Source of the DNA: Christensenella sp. UBA1214 | GTDB lineage: Bacteria > Bacillota > Clostridia > Christensenellales > CAG-138 | Assembly (NCBI GenBank): GCA_002309375.1 | Contig: DBXK01000041.1 | Span: forward strand, 2,001-66,000 | Direction: 5' to 3' | Length of the DNA: 64,000 nucleotides | Part shown: piece by piece, positions 1 to 8,472 of the stretch | How positions within the stretch are numbered: position 1 is the stretch's first letter | Layout: each line of letters begins with the position of its first letter | Notes under the pieces: model-generated | Told to the model about the DNA's origin: nothing | What the model saw: the letters and a program-made list of their open reading frames with translations, nothing else | The model's database searches: none | Made by a program: the position numbers and the translations under genes

Positions 1-1
1 C

Positions 2-898
2 CTGATCGGCGCGGAGAACGGCGGGGAAGTGTACGTTCTTATGAACTATAATCCGAATCCGCTCGGGACCTACGTTCAGATCCCGGAATACGTCAGCTAC
101 AACGCCTGCTATTATTGCTACGGCATCCGGGCCGTCGTCGATGAAGAAGGCGCGGTCACGGATATCGACACATCCGTTTATCCCGACGCCGTAATGAAAA
201 ACGCGGAATGGCTGTTCTATGATCAGGACGGGTATTACATCATCCGCTCCGCCTACAACCGCAATTATCATCTCCGCGTTTCCGCCTGGGCCAACAGCTA
301 CGATCTCTATCCGCAGGACGGTTCGAGCTATTCCACCAACTGGCTCTGGGACGAGGCGGCGCACCAGCTGAAATACGATTATTCCAAGGGCACCCGCTAT
401 GTGACCTTCGTTCCTTCAGCCGGCTCCTACACCAACCTTTTCAACGCGCCGAAGACCGAGGCCTCCGTTCAACTTTATAAGAAGGTGAGCGGCGTGCAAA
501 TGAACGACGACGTCACCTATCATACCGTCACCTTCGTCGACTGGAACGGCGCCGTGCTCTCCGTTCAGCAGGTGGAGGAAGGGCACGCCGCGGCCGCTCC
601 CGCCGACCCCGTTCGCCCGGGTTATACCTTTGTCGGCTGGGACGTCGATTTCTCGAACGTCACCTCCGATCTGACCGTCACCGCGCAGTATGAGGAAAAT
701 ACTCCCGCGGGACTGATCGGCGACTGCGATCTGAACGGCGTTGTCAACGCGACCGATGCTCTGCTTGCGCTGCGCCATTCGATGAGCATCGAGCAGCTCA
801 CCGGGCAGGGCCTTTTGAACGGCGACGTCAACGGCGACGGCTCCGTCAACGCGACCGACGCCGTGCTGATCATGCGCATCGCGCTCAGTATTTCATAA
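2..898 (+). CDS. Secreted dockerin-bearing protein, C-terminal part (5' end lies upstream of the window)
   Basis: The frame is open from base 2, so the listed GTG at 29 is probably internal. There is a Listeria-Bacteroides/InlB-B-type repeat (VTFVDWNGAVL...PGYTFVGWDVDF...TVTAQY). The C-terminus is a type-I dockerin duplicated Ca-binding segment (DCDLNGVVNATDALLALR / DVNGDGSVNATDAVLIMR). Confidence 0.8.
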   Translation: MIGAENGGEVYVLMNYNPNPLGTYVQIPEYVSYNACYYCYGIRAVVDEEGAVTDIDTSVYPDAVMKNAEWLFYDQDGYYIIRSAYNRNYHLRVSAWANSYDLYPQDGSSYSTNWLWDEAAHQLKYDYSKGTRYVTFVPSAGSYTNLFNAPKTEASVQLYKKVSGVQMNDDVTYHTVTFVDWNGAVLSVQQVEEGHAAAAPADPVRPGYTFVGWDVDFSNVTSDLTVTAQYEENTPAGLIGDCDLNGVVNATDALLALRHSMSIEQLTGQGLLNGDVNGDGSVNATDAVLIMRIALSIS

Positions 899-920
899 CA
901 GCGTCGAAACATAATATGAG

Positions 921-953
921 GCGGGGCCGAGGGATCCGGCTCCGCTTTTCGTT
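921..953 (+). terminator. Rho-independent terminator
   Basis: 9-bp GC-rich stem (GCGGGGCCG / CGGCTCCGC, one G-U pair) followed by TTTTCGTTT. Confidence 0.6.
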
Positions 954-1080
954 TATGAAAACACGGCGGAAATTATCTTATATATGATTTTGCTGTTTCG
1001 CAAGGGGACGGAATGTGATATAATTTAAAAGCTATATGCAGACGGAAGCCCGCTTCCGAATGAAAACCAAGGAGTCCAAA

Positions 1081-3534
1081 ATGAAAAAACTGCTCTGCGC
1101 TCTTCTTGCCCTCGTGCTGGCGCTCTCCGTGCTTCCCGCGGTGAGCCTTGCCGAAACCGTGCGTGAAACCGCCGGGGATGGAACGAAGCTCATCAACAAC
1201 AGCGTCGATATCGACGACGACGGCAGCGACGGCTATTCCGGCGATTACGTCGTGATCTACAACCCCTCCACGAGCTACAGCGGCTCCGCGAGCACCGGCA
1301 ACATGACCGGCCTCATCGAGACCGAGGTCGGCGAAAGCTTCTCCGCGCCGAAGGCGGCGGAGTCCCCGGACCGCGCGTATAAGATCGACATCGATCCCGA
1401 GATGGCGGAGGAAGCCAAGGCCGCCGGTATCTGCAAACCGGAAAAGGACGGAGCAAACGCGGCGAGCCTTTCCTTCAACGTCGGCGACACGCATACCTTC
1501 GAGCTGAACGGGACCTACTGCCCGCTTTCCTCGACGAGCGTGCAGTTCAAGGTGCTCGCGAAGGGCGACCACTGCTATATCTGGACGCCGACCTCTACTC
1601 AATCGAACGTCTGGCCCCTCGATTCGATCGACCCGACCTTCGCGGATATCTGCGCGGCGGAATTCGATTCGAAGTTCGATCTGATGCAGTCCTCCTTCGG
1701 CAACCACTCGAACGGTAGCCAGGGCGACGGCAGGCTGAACATCCTCTATTATAATATCGACGACGGCTGGCAGCCCGGCGAAGGTTACGTCGCGGGCTTC
1801 TTCTCCGCAAGCGACCTTTACAGCAACAATATGCCGATCCTCAATATCGACACTTACCCCGGCGTTTACTATACCCGCCCGAACGGGGAGGTCGTCATCC
1901 GCATCGAGGACACCTTCAACACGATGGTGCATGAATATCAGCACCTCATCAACTATTCCGAGTGCGGCTATGCCGACACCTGGGTCAACGAGATGATGAG
2001 CGCCGCGGCGGAGGAGATCTGCTACCCGGGTTCGAGCATCGCGCCCCGCATCCAGAGCTGGCTGAACTACCGCTTCTCCGATAACGACGATTGGCTCAAC
2101 CCGCCCGCCGAGCATGAATACGTTTCCTCCTGGGAGCTCCATAACGGCTATTCGATGTACGATTGGAGCAACTACCTTGCGATGAACGACAGGCTTGCGC
2201 TCTATGCCCAGGTATCATTCTTCGCGCAGTACATCTTCACGCAGTACGGCAACCCGACCTACCGCCAGCTCCTCGAAAGGATGGCCGCCGGCAGCGAGTT
2301 CCCCGCAGCGTTCCAGAGCGTGACGGGGCAGAGCGCTTCCGAATTCGTCCAGAATTTCCGCATCGCGCTGACCGCGAACTCATCGCCCGAGGATTACGAC
2401 GGCATCTACGGCTTCGTGCCGCAGGAGGGCTACGATCCCGCGGAGTATCACGACGTTCCGAACCTCTATAACCTCCTCGCCCCGGTCGTATTCACCGGCT
2501 CGAGCTGCTCCATCAAGGGCGGCGGCGCGATCACCGTCAAGCCCGTGGACGGCGTGTACTTCCCGCCCTCCGGCGCGAGCAGCAGCCTCCGCTATTTCGG
2601 CGTCACTGTCAATACCGAGCCGCCGGAGCCCGTTGCGCTGACCGGCATCAGCCTCAACCCGACGCAGGGTCAGATCTATGTCGCCACGACGCTGAATCTC
2701 TCCGCGCTCCGCGAGCCGACCAACGCGAATAACTATGAGCTCACCTGGACCAGCTCCAACCCCTCCGTTGCGAGCGTTCAGGGCAACAACAAAAAGGCCG
2801 TCGTCACTGGCGTTTCCCAGGGCAGCGCGACCATCACCTGCCGCGCGCACGACCTCATCAACGATCAGTATTACACGGCGACCGCGACCGTCCGCGTGCT
2901 CGGCGTTCCGACCCTCGAGGATGCGCTGAACGTTGAAAACGGCACGCTGACCTTCGACAACACCGCAAGCGAATATCCCTGGGTCGTCGATCTTTCGAGT
3001 ACCTCGCCGCGCCTTGCCGCGAAGAGCACGAACGAGGGTGTAAGCTCCTCCCGCTCGAGCTTCTCGCTGACCGTCCACATGAACGCGGGCGACACGATGA
3101 GCTTCGATTGGAAGGTCAGCAGCGAATCGAATTACGATATCCTGAAGTTCTTCGTCAACAGCAGCGAGCGCGAGCATATCAGCGGCAGCGTCGACTGGAA
3201 CACGATCACCTACACCGCGCCTTCGAACGGCACCTACACCTTCAGCTGGGAATACTACAAGGATTACAGCGTCAACTCCGGCAGCGACTGCGGTTGGGTC
3301 GACAATATCTACGTTCCCGGTTACGTCGGCGAGGAGCCCTCGTATATCCCCGGTGATATCGACCAAAACGGCACGGTCAACATCACGGACGCCGTGCTTG
3401 CGCTCCGCCATGCGATGGGCATCATCACCCTCGACGAGCTGGAGCAGCAGATCGGCGATATGGATGAAAACGGTTCCGTTTCCGTCACCGACGCGCTGAC
3501 CATCATGCGCATCGCGATGGGCCTGATCTCCTGA
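1081..3534 (+). CDS. Secreted HExxH zinc metallopeptidase (peptidase M30/hyicolysin-like, family tentative) with Big_2 Ig-like domain, extra beta-sandwich-like domain and C-terminal dockerin
   Basis: AAGGAG lies 7 nt upstream of ATG 1081. Sec signal MKKLLCALLALVLALSVLPAVSLA. Zinc motif MVHEYQHLINY. Big_2-like segment ELTWTSSNPSVASV...GSATITCRA. Dockerin GDIDQNGTVNITDAVLALR...DMDENGSVSVTDALTIMR. Confidence 0.8.
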   Translation: MKKLLCALLALVLALSVLPAVSLAETVRETAGDGTKLINNSVDIDDDGSDGYSGDYVVIYNPSTSYSGSASTGNMTGLIETEVGESFSAPKAAESPDRAYKIDIDPEMAEEAKAAGICKPEKDGANAASLSFNVGDTHTFELNGTYCPLSSTSVQFKVLAKGDHCYIWTPTSTQSNVWPLDSIDPTFADICAAEFDSKFDLMQSSFGNHSNGSQGDGRLNILYYNIDDGWQPGEGYVAGFFSASDLYSNNMPILNIDTYPGVYYTRPNGEVVIRIEDTFNTMVHEYQHLINYSECGYADTWVNEMMSAAAEEICYPGSSIAPRIQSWLNYRFSDNDDWLNPPAEHEYVSSWELHNGYSMYDWSNYLAMNDRLALYAQVSFFAQYIFTQYGNPTYRQLLERMAAGSEFPAAFQSVTGQSASEFVQNFRIALTANSSPEDYDGIYGFVPQEGYDPAEYHDVPNLYNLLAPVVFTGSSCSIKGGGAITVKPVDGVYFPPSGASSSLRYFGVTVNTEPPEPVALTGISLNPTQGQIYVATTLNLSALREPTNANNYELTWTSSNPSVASVQGNNKKAVVTGVSQGSATITCRAHDLINDQYYTATATVRVLGVPTLEDALNVENGTLTFDNTASEYPWVVDLSSTSPRLAAKSTNEGVSSSRSSFSLTVHMNAGDTMSFDWKVSSESNYDILKFFVNSSEREHISGSVDWNTITYTAPSNGTYTFSWEYYKDYSVNSGSDCGWVDNIYVPGYVGEEPSYIPGDIDQNGTVNITDAVLALRHAMGIITLDELEQQIGDMDENGSVSVTDALTIMRIAMGLIS

Positions 3535-3550
3535 TGCGATTAAGCATTGA

Positions 3551-3580
3551 AGCCCGCATACCGCCTGCGGGCTTTTCTTA
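3551..3580 (+). terminator. Rho-independent terminator
   Basis: AGCCCGCA-taccgcc-TGCGGGCT hairpin followed by TTTTCTTATT. Confidence 0.7.
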
Positions 3581-3717
3581 TTCCCGGATACATATAAAAT
3601 ATATAATTATCCGGCGCAGACCTGCGGGTATATGTATGCTATAATAAAAAGACAGGGGACGGAGGAGCCGTCCCCGCCGGAACAACGGATTTTCCCGAAC
3701 AGGAAGGAGAAACTGCA

Positions 3718-5715
3718 ATGAAGAAACTGCTTTGCGCACTGCTCGCGCTTGCCCTTGTGCTGACCGCATTCCCCGCGGCGCTCGGCGCGAAAACGGATAT
3801 CGCTCCGAAGCAGGTCGCTTCGGATATCGTGATCGATACCGACGGCAGCGACGGCTACAGCGGCGATTACGTCGTGATCTATAACCCCGCAACGAGCGAA
3901 AGCGACTCGAAGAGCACCGGCAATATGACCGGCCTCATCGAAACCGAGGTCGGGACCGCCGCGCACCGCCCGGAGGCTTCTTCGGAAGCGCTGTACCGCA
4001 TCGACGTCGACGGCGAGCTTGCCGAAAAAGCGCGGGAAGCGGGTGTCACGAAAGCGCCGCACGAGAACCCCGGAACGCAGGATTCCTATAACGTCGGCGA
4101 TACACATACCTTCATGATCCTCAACTATTCGCCGGACGGCATGATGATGGAGTTCAAGGTGCTTGCGAAGGGCGAGCACTGCTATATCTGGACGCCGACC
4201 TCCACCGCCGCGAACGTTTATCCGCTCGATTCGATCAACCCGGATTTCGCGCAGATGGCGGCGGATGAGTTCGATTCGAAGTTCGACCTCATGCAGTCTT
4301 CCTTCGGCGACCACAGCAACGGCACCTCCGGCGACGGGCGGCTCAACATGCTCTATTACAATATCGACGACGGCTGGGAACCCGGCCAGGGCTATATCGG
4401 CGGCTATTTCTACGCGCTGGATCTTTACCTGAACGGCATGCCGATCCTCAATATCGATACCTACCCCGGCGTGCATTACGTCAATCCGCAGGGCGAAGTC
4501 CTGGACGATATCTCAAGGACCTACGGCACGATGGTGCATGAATATCAGCACCTCATCAACTTCTCCCAGGTCGGCGTGGCCGATACATGGGTCAACGAGA
4601 TGATGAGCGCCGGCGCGGAGGAGATCTGCTATCCCGGCTCGAGCGTTGTCAGCAGGATCCAGAGCTGGACCGATCATTATTACAGTGAGAACAACGATTG
4701 GGCAAACCCGCCTGCGGAATTCCCGTACGTTTCGAATTTCGAGCTCCACAACGGTTTTTCGCTCTATTCCTGGAATAACGATCTGCCGATCGACGATCTG
4801 CTCGTTCTCTACGCCCAGGTCTCGCTTTTCGCGCAGTATATCTTTACGCAGTACGGCAACACGACCTTCCACGGCATCATGGACGAGCTCGCCGCCGGGC
4901 GGAACTTCGTGCAGGGCTTCCAGAACATAACGGGGCAGAGCACGGCTGAGTTCGCCGCGAATTTCCGCGTCGCGCTGACGGCGAACACCTCGCCGGACGT
5001 CCTCGGCGGCGTCTACGGCTTCCGCCCGCAGGAGGGCTACGATCCCGCGCAGTATCATGACGTCCGCAATCCCTACGATCTGCTCGGTCCGGTCGTCTTC
5101 ACCGGCAGCCAGTGCGCGATCAAGGGCGGCGGCGCGATCTGCGTGAAGCCCGTCGGCGGCGTCTATAACCCGCCCTCCGGTGCGGCGAGCGGTCTCCGCT
5201 ATTACGGCATTACCCGCACTGTGACGGAGCCCGAGCCCGTGCCGCTGACCGGAGTCGATACCGATATCCATGAAGCGGAGCTGCGCGTCGGCGAAACGCT
5301 CGATCTGACAGCGATCCCGATCCCCGGCGATGCGAGCGACTATACCATTACATGGATCTGCTCCGACGGAAGCGTCGCTGCGCTCGAAGCGAACGGCGAA
5401 AGGGCGACAGTGACGGCGCTTTCCCCGGGCACGGCGGTCATCACCGTCCGCGCGACGGACGAGGTGCTGCATCCCGATATGTTCTTCACCGCCGAATGCG
5501 TGATCACCGTCATTGAGGAGCAGAGTTTCCTGCCAGGCGATATCGACCAAAACGGAACCGTCAACGTGACGGACGCGGTGCTCGCGCTCAGGCATTCGAT
5601 GGGCATTATAACGCTCGACGAGCTGCAGCAGCGGATCGGCGATATGGACGGGAACGGCGTCGTGAACGTCACCGACGCGCTGACGATCATGCGCATCGCG
5701 ATGGGGATCATGTGA
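3718..5715 (+). CDS. Secreted HExxH zinc metallopeptidase (M30-like), tandem paralog of 1081..3534, with Big_2 domain and dockerin
   Basis: Signal peptide MKKLLCALLALALVLTAFPAALGA. MVHEYQHLINF motif. Long collinear similarity to the upstream gene (SDGYSGDYVVIYNP, KVLAKGxHCYIWTPTST, ILYYNIDDGW, YAQVSxFAQYIFTQYGN). Dockerin GDIDQNGTVNVTDAVLALR...DMDGNGVVNVTDALTIMR. Confidence 0.8.
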   Translation: MKKLLCALLALALVLTAFPAALGAKTDIAPKQVASDIVIDTDGSDGYSGDYVVIYNPATSESDSKSTGNMTGLIETEVGTAAHRPEASSEALYRIDVDGELAEKAREAGVTKAPHENPGTQDSYNVGDTHTFMILNYSPDGMMMEFKVLAKGEHCYIWTPTSTAANVYPLDSINPDFAQMAADEFDSKFDLMQSSFGDHSNGTSGDGRLNMLYYNIDDGWEPGQGYIGGYFYALDLYLNGMPILNIDTYPGVHYVNPQGEVLDDISRTYGTMVHEYQHLINFSQVGVADTWVNEMMSAGAEEICYPGSSVVSRIQSWTDHYYSENNDWANPPAEFPYVSNFELHNGFSLYSWNNDLPIDDLLVLYAQVSLFAQYIFTQYGNTTFHGIMDELAAGRNFVQGFQNITGQSTAEFAANFRVALTANTSPDVLGGVYGFRPQEGYDPAQYHDVRNPYDLLGPVVFTGSQCAIKGGGAICVKPVGGVYNPPSGAASGLRYYGITRTVTEPEPVPLTGVDTDIHEAELRVGETLDLTAIPIPGDASDYTITWICSDGSVAALEANGERATVTALSPGTAVITVRATDEVLHPDMFFTAECVITVIEEQSFLPGDIDQNGTVNVTDAVLALRHSMGIITLDELQQRIGDMDGNGVVNVTDALTIMRIAMGIM

Positions 5716-5727
5716 TCGAACATTCAA

Positions 5728-5760
5728 AAGGAGCTGCCGCCGGGCAGCTCCTTTCCTTTT
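5728..5760 (+). terminator. Rho-independent terminator
   Basis: 11-bp perfect stem AAGGAGCTGCC-gccg-GGCAGCTCCTT followed by a T-rich tail. Confidence 0.7.
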
Positions 5761-5770
5761 CACGAAAAAC

Positions 5771-5803
5771 GTAAAAGCGGCGGGGCTTTTCGCTCCGCCG
5801 CTT
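5771..5803 (-). terminator. Rho-independent terminator of pckA
   Basis: On the minus strand, AAGCGGCGGAGCG-aaaag-CCCCGCCGCTT followed by TTTAC. Confidence 0.6.
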
Positions 5804-5818
5804 CGCTTTGCTTAAATC

Positions 5819-7393
5819 TTATTTCGCCTTCGGGCCGGCGTTGATGATGGCTTCGGGCATGTTGGTGTACTTGCTGAAGTTCTTCACGAACATATTCGCA
5901 AGCTCCTGCGCCGCCTTGTCGTAGGCCTCCTTGTCGGCCCACATCTCGCGGGGGTTCAGCACCTCGGAGGGGACTTCGGGGCAGGTCTTCGGCACCCAGA
6001 CGTTGAAGATCGGGTGGAGCTCATACTCAACGTCGTTGAGCGCGCCGGTGAGGGCCGCGGTGACCATCGCGCGGGTGTACTTGATCTTCATGCGGCTGCC
6101 GACGCCGTAGGGGCCGCCGGACCAGCCGGTGTTGATCAGGAACGCGTTCGCGTTGTGCTCATCCATGCGCTTGCCGAGCATTTCCGCATATTCGGAAGGA
6201 TGACGGATGAAGAACGGCGCGCCGAAGAGGGTGGAGAAGGTCGCCTGGGGCTCCTTGACGCCGCGCTCGGTGCCCGCGAGCTTCGCGGTGTAGCCGGTCA
6301 CGAAATGATACATCGCCATGTTCTTGTCGAGCTTCGCGATCGGGGGCAGAACGCCGAATGCGTCCGCGGTGAGGAAGACGACGGTCTTCGGATGGCCGCC
6401 CATGCCGGGGATGACGCAGTTCGGGATGTATTCGACCGGGTACGCAACGCGTGTGTTCTCGGTGATGGAATTGTCGTTATAGTCGAGCACGCGGGTCTCG
6501 TCATCCATGATGACGTTCTCGACGAGGGCGCCGAACTTGATCGCGTCCCAGATCTGGGGCTCGTTCTCGTGGGAGAGGTTGATGCACTTCGCATAGCAGC
6601 CGCCTTCGAAATTGAAAACGCCGCTGCCGGACCAGCCGTGTTCGTCGTCGCCGATCAGCATGCGCTTCGGGTCGGCGGAAAGGGTGGTCTTGCCGGTGCC
6701 GGAAAGGCCGAAGAACAGCGCGGTATCGCCGTCGTGACCCATGTTGGCGGAGCAGTGCATCGGGAATACGCCGCGCTCGGGCATGAGGAAGTTCATGACG
6801 GAGAACATGCCCTTCTTGATCTCGCCGGAATACATCGAGCAGGCGATGGTGACGCGGTTATACTGGAAATCGAGGATGATCGCCGCTTCGGAGTTGGTGC
6901 CGTCGCGCTCGGGGACGCACTTGAAGCCGGGGCAGCAGAGCACGGTGAACTCGGGCTTGAAGCCTTCGAGCTGCTCCTTGCTCGGGCGGACGAACGCCTG
7001 GGTCGCAAACAGAGCGGAAGCGGCGTTCTCGCAGATCACGCGGATGGGGAGGCAGTAGTCCGTGTCGGCGCCGACGTAGCAATCGACGATGAACGCCTCG
7101 CGGTTCTGCATATAGGCGCACATCTTGCCGTAGATGGCGTCCGCCTTTGCCCGCTCGATGGGCATATTGATCTTGCCCCAGTCGACCTTGTTATGGATGT
7201 TCGGGGTGTCGACGATGAAACGGTCGTTAGGGGACCTGCCGGTGTATTTGCCGGTGTTGATGACCAGCGCGCCGGTGTTCGCAAGCTTGCCTTCGCCGCG
7301 TGCGAGCGCCCTTTCGGTCAGCTCGGCGGGGGAGAGGTTGCGGTGGATCGCCTTCGGGTCGATGATGCCCATGGCTTCGAGATACGCTTTCAT
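5819..7393 (-). CDS. pckA: Phosphoenolpyruvate carboxykinase (ATP)
   Basis: MKAYLEAMGI...GKYTGRSPNDRFIV...FFGLSGTGKTTLS...GDDEHGW are hallmark ATP-PEPCK motifs. AAAGGAG lies 8 nt upstream of ATG 7393, so the longer listed ORF start at 7510 is rejected. Confidence 0.93.
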   Translation of the reverse strand: MKAYLEAMGIIDPKAIHRNLSPAELTERALARGEGKLANTGALVINTGKYTGRSPNDRFIVDTPNIHNKVDWGKINMPIERAKADAIYGKMCAYMQNREAFIVDCYVGADTDYCLPIRVICENAASALFATQAFVRPSKEQLEGFKPEFTVLCCPGFKCVPERDGTNSEAAIILDFQYNRVTIACSMYSGEIKKGMFSVMNFLMPERGVFPMHCSANMGHDGDTALFFGLSGTGKTTLSADPKRMLIGDDEHGWSGSGVFNFEGGCYAKCINLSHENEPQIWDAIKFGALVENVIMDDETRVLDYNDNSITENTRVAYPVEYIPNCVIPGMGGHPKTVVFLTADAFGVLPPIAKLDKNMAMYHFVTGYTAKLAGTERGVKEPQATFSTLFGAPFFIRHPSEYAEMLGKRMDEHNANAFLINTGWSGGPYGVGSRMKIKYTRAMVTAALTGALNDVEYELHPIFNVWVPKTCPEVPSEVLNPREMWADKEAYDKAAQELANMFVKNFSKYTNMPEAIINAGPKAK

Positions 7394-7457
7394 TCTGTAT
7401 GCTCCTTTCGGCATTTCCAATGATATTTTGTGCGTGGGTTTCGCTTTTTGCGCTTTT

Positions 7458-8315
7458 TTATTTGCGGATGAAGAGCACGCCGAGCGTCCTCGGTCCGCAG
7501 TGGCATGCAACGGTGCAGCCGGCGGTGGTGGGGATGACCTCGTCGAAGTAGTTGAACTCCTTGACGATGCGGACGCATTCCTGAACGATCTCGTCCGGCG
7601 TGTCCGTGTAGGTGATGAAGGCTCTGTGCGGCCGGATATCGGTGCGGCCTTCGAGCTTATCCTTGATGTAAGCCTTGAGGCAGCGCTCCCATGAACCGCG
7701 GTACTTCTTGAAAACGCGCATCGTTCCGTCCTTCACCTCGATGCCGGGGTGGAGCTGGAGCAGATTCGCGCCGAGCGCGGCGACCGTTGAGCAGCGCCCG
7801 CCCTTGACCATGAAATCGAGCCTGTCGAGAACGAAGCTCGCCTCGACCTTGGGAATGATGTCCTCGTCGAGGACTTTCTTGATCTCCGCGCCGCTCATGC
7901 CCGCATCGGCCAAATCGCAGGCCTCGAGCACGACGTGGCCGAAGCCGCTCGAAAGGTTCTTTGAATCAACGCAGTAGACGTTCGGAAAATTCTCCGCAGC
8001 AAGGCACGCGTTGTTGTATGCGGAGGAAAAACCGGAACTGATGGTGAGGAAAACGAGCTCGCTCCCGTCCGCAGTCATCTCGGCGAAAAGGTTCGTGAGC
8101 CTTTCAACGCTCGGCGCGGCGGTCTGGGGAAGCTTGTTCATTTCCTTGCAGCGTTCGAGCAGCTCGCGCATCGTGATATCGACGCCGTCGAGATACTCCT
8201 TATCGGCGATACGGACATAGAGAGGAAGCACCGTGACGCCGCGCTGCTCGTAAAGATTCGTGCCGTGGACCTCGTTGAGGAGGTCGGCGGTACTGTCGCA
8301 GCAGACTTTTACCAT
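7458..8315 (-). CDS. DegV family fatty-acid-binding protein
   Basis: MVKVCCDSTADL... N-terminus and overall DegV-like sequence. Start chosen at ATG 8315 (MVKV). Confidence 0.8.
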   Translation of the reverse strand: MVKVCCDSTADLLNEVHGTNLYEQRGVTVLPLYVRIADKEYLDGVDITMRELLERCKEMNKLPQTAAPSVERLTNLFAEMTADGSELVFLTISSGFSSAYNNACLAAENFPNVYCVDSKNLSSGFGHVVLEACDLADAGMSGAEIKKVLDEDIIPKVEASFVLDRLDFMVKGGRCSTVAALGANLLQLHPGIEVKDGTMRVFKKYRGSWERCLKAYIKDKLEGRTDIRPHRAFITYTDTPDEIVQECVRIVKEFNYFDEVIPTTAGCTVACHCGPRTLGVLFIRK

Positions 8316-8357
8316 AAAAATAACTCCTGAAAATAAATTGGTATAAGGCCAATCTAC

Positions 8358-8386
8358 AGTATACCACAATGTTTCCCGCCTGTAAA
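8358..8386 (-). promoter_or_regulatory. Sigma-A-type promoter with extended -10 (TTTACA-17-TGTGGTATACT)
   Basis: The minus strand reads TTTACA ggcgggaaacattgtgg TATACT about 40 nt upstream of the degV-like start. Confidence 0.5.
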
Positions 8387-8427
8387 GAAGACAATGCGGA
8401 AAAATCCGGTTTTTCGGGAAAGCGCAA

Positions 8428-8454
8428 CAAAAAGGAGGCGGCTTTCCCGCCTCC
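8428..8454 (-). terminator. Rho-independent terminator of larC
   Basis: The minus strand reads GGAGGCGG-gaaag-CCGCCTCC followed by TTTTTG. Confidence 0.7.
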
Positions 8455-8472
8455 CGATTCCGATCGACCCGA

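Noticed and set aside
973-5763. Long minus-strand ORFs (973..2142, 2380..3411, 3607..4476, 4513..5763) antisense to the dockerin/protease genes
   Set aside because: The translations are Arg/Ala/Gly/Asp-rich with no motifs. The plus-strand frames carry clear signal peptides, HExxH, Big_2 and dockerin signatures. These are typical high-G+C antisense artefacts.
6014-7423. 469-aa plus-strand ORF antisense to pckA
   Set aside because: pckA on the minus strand is unambiguous, and the antisense translation is low-complexity.
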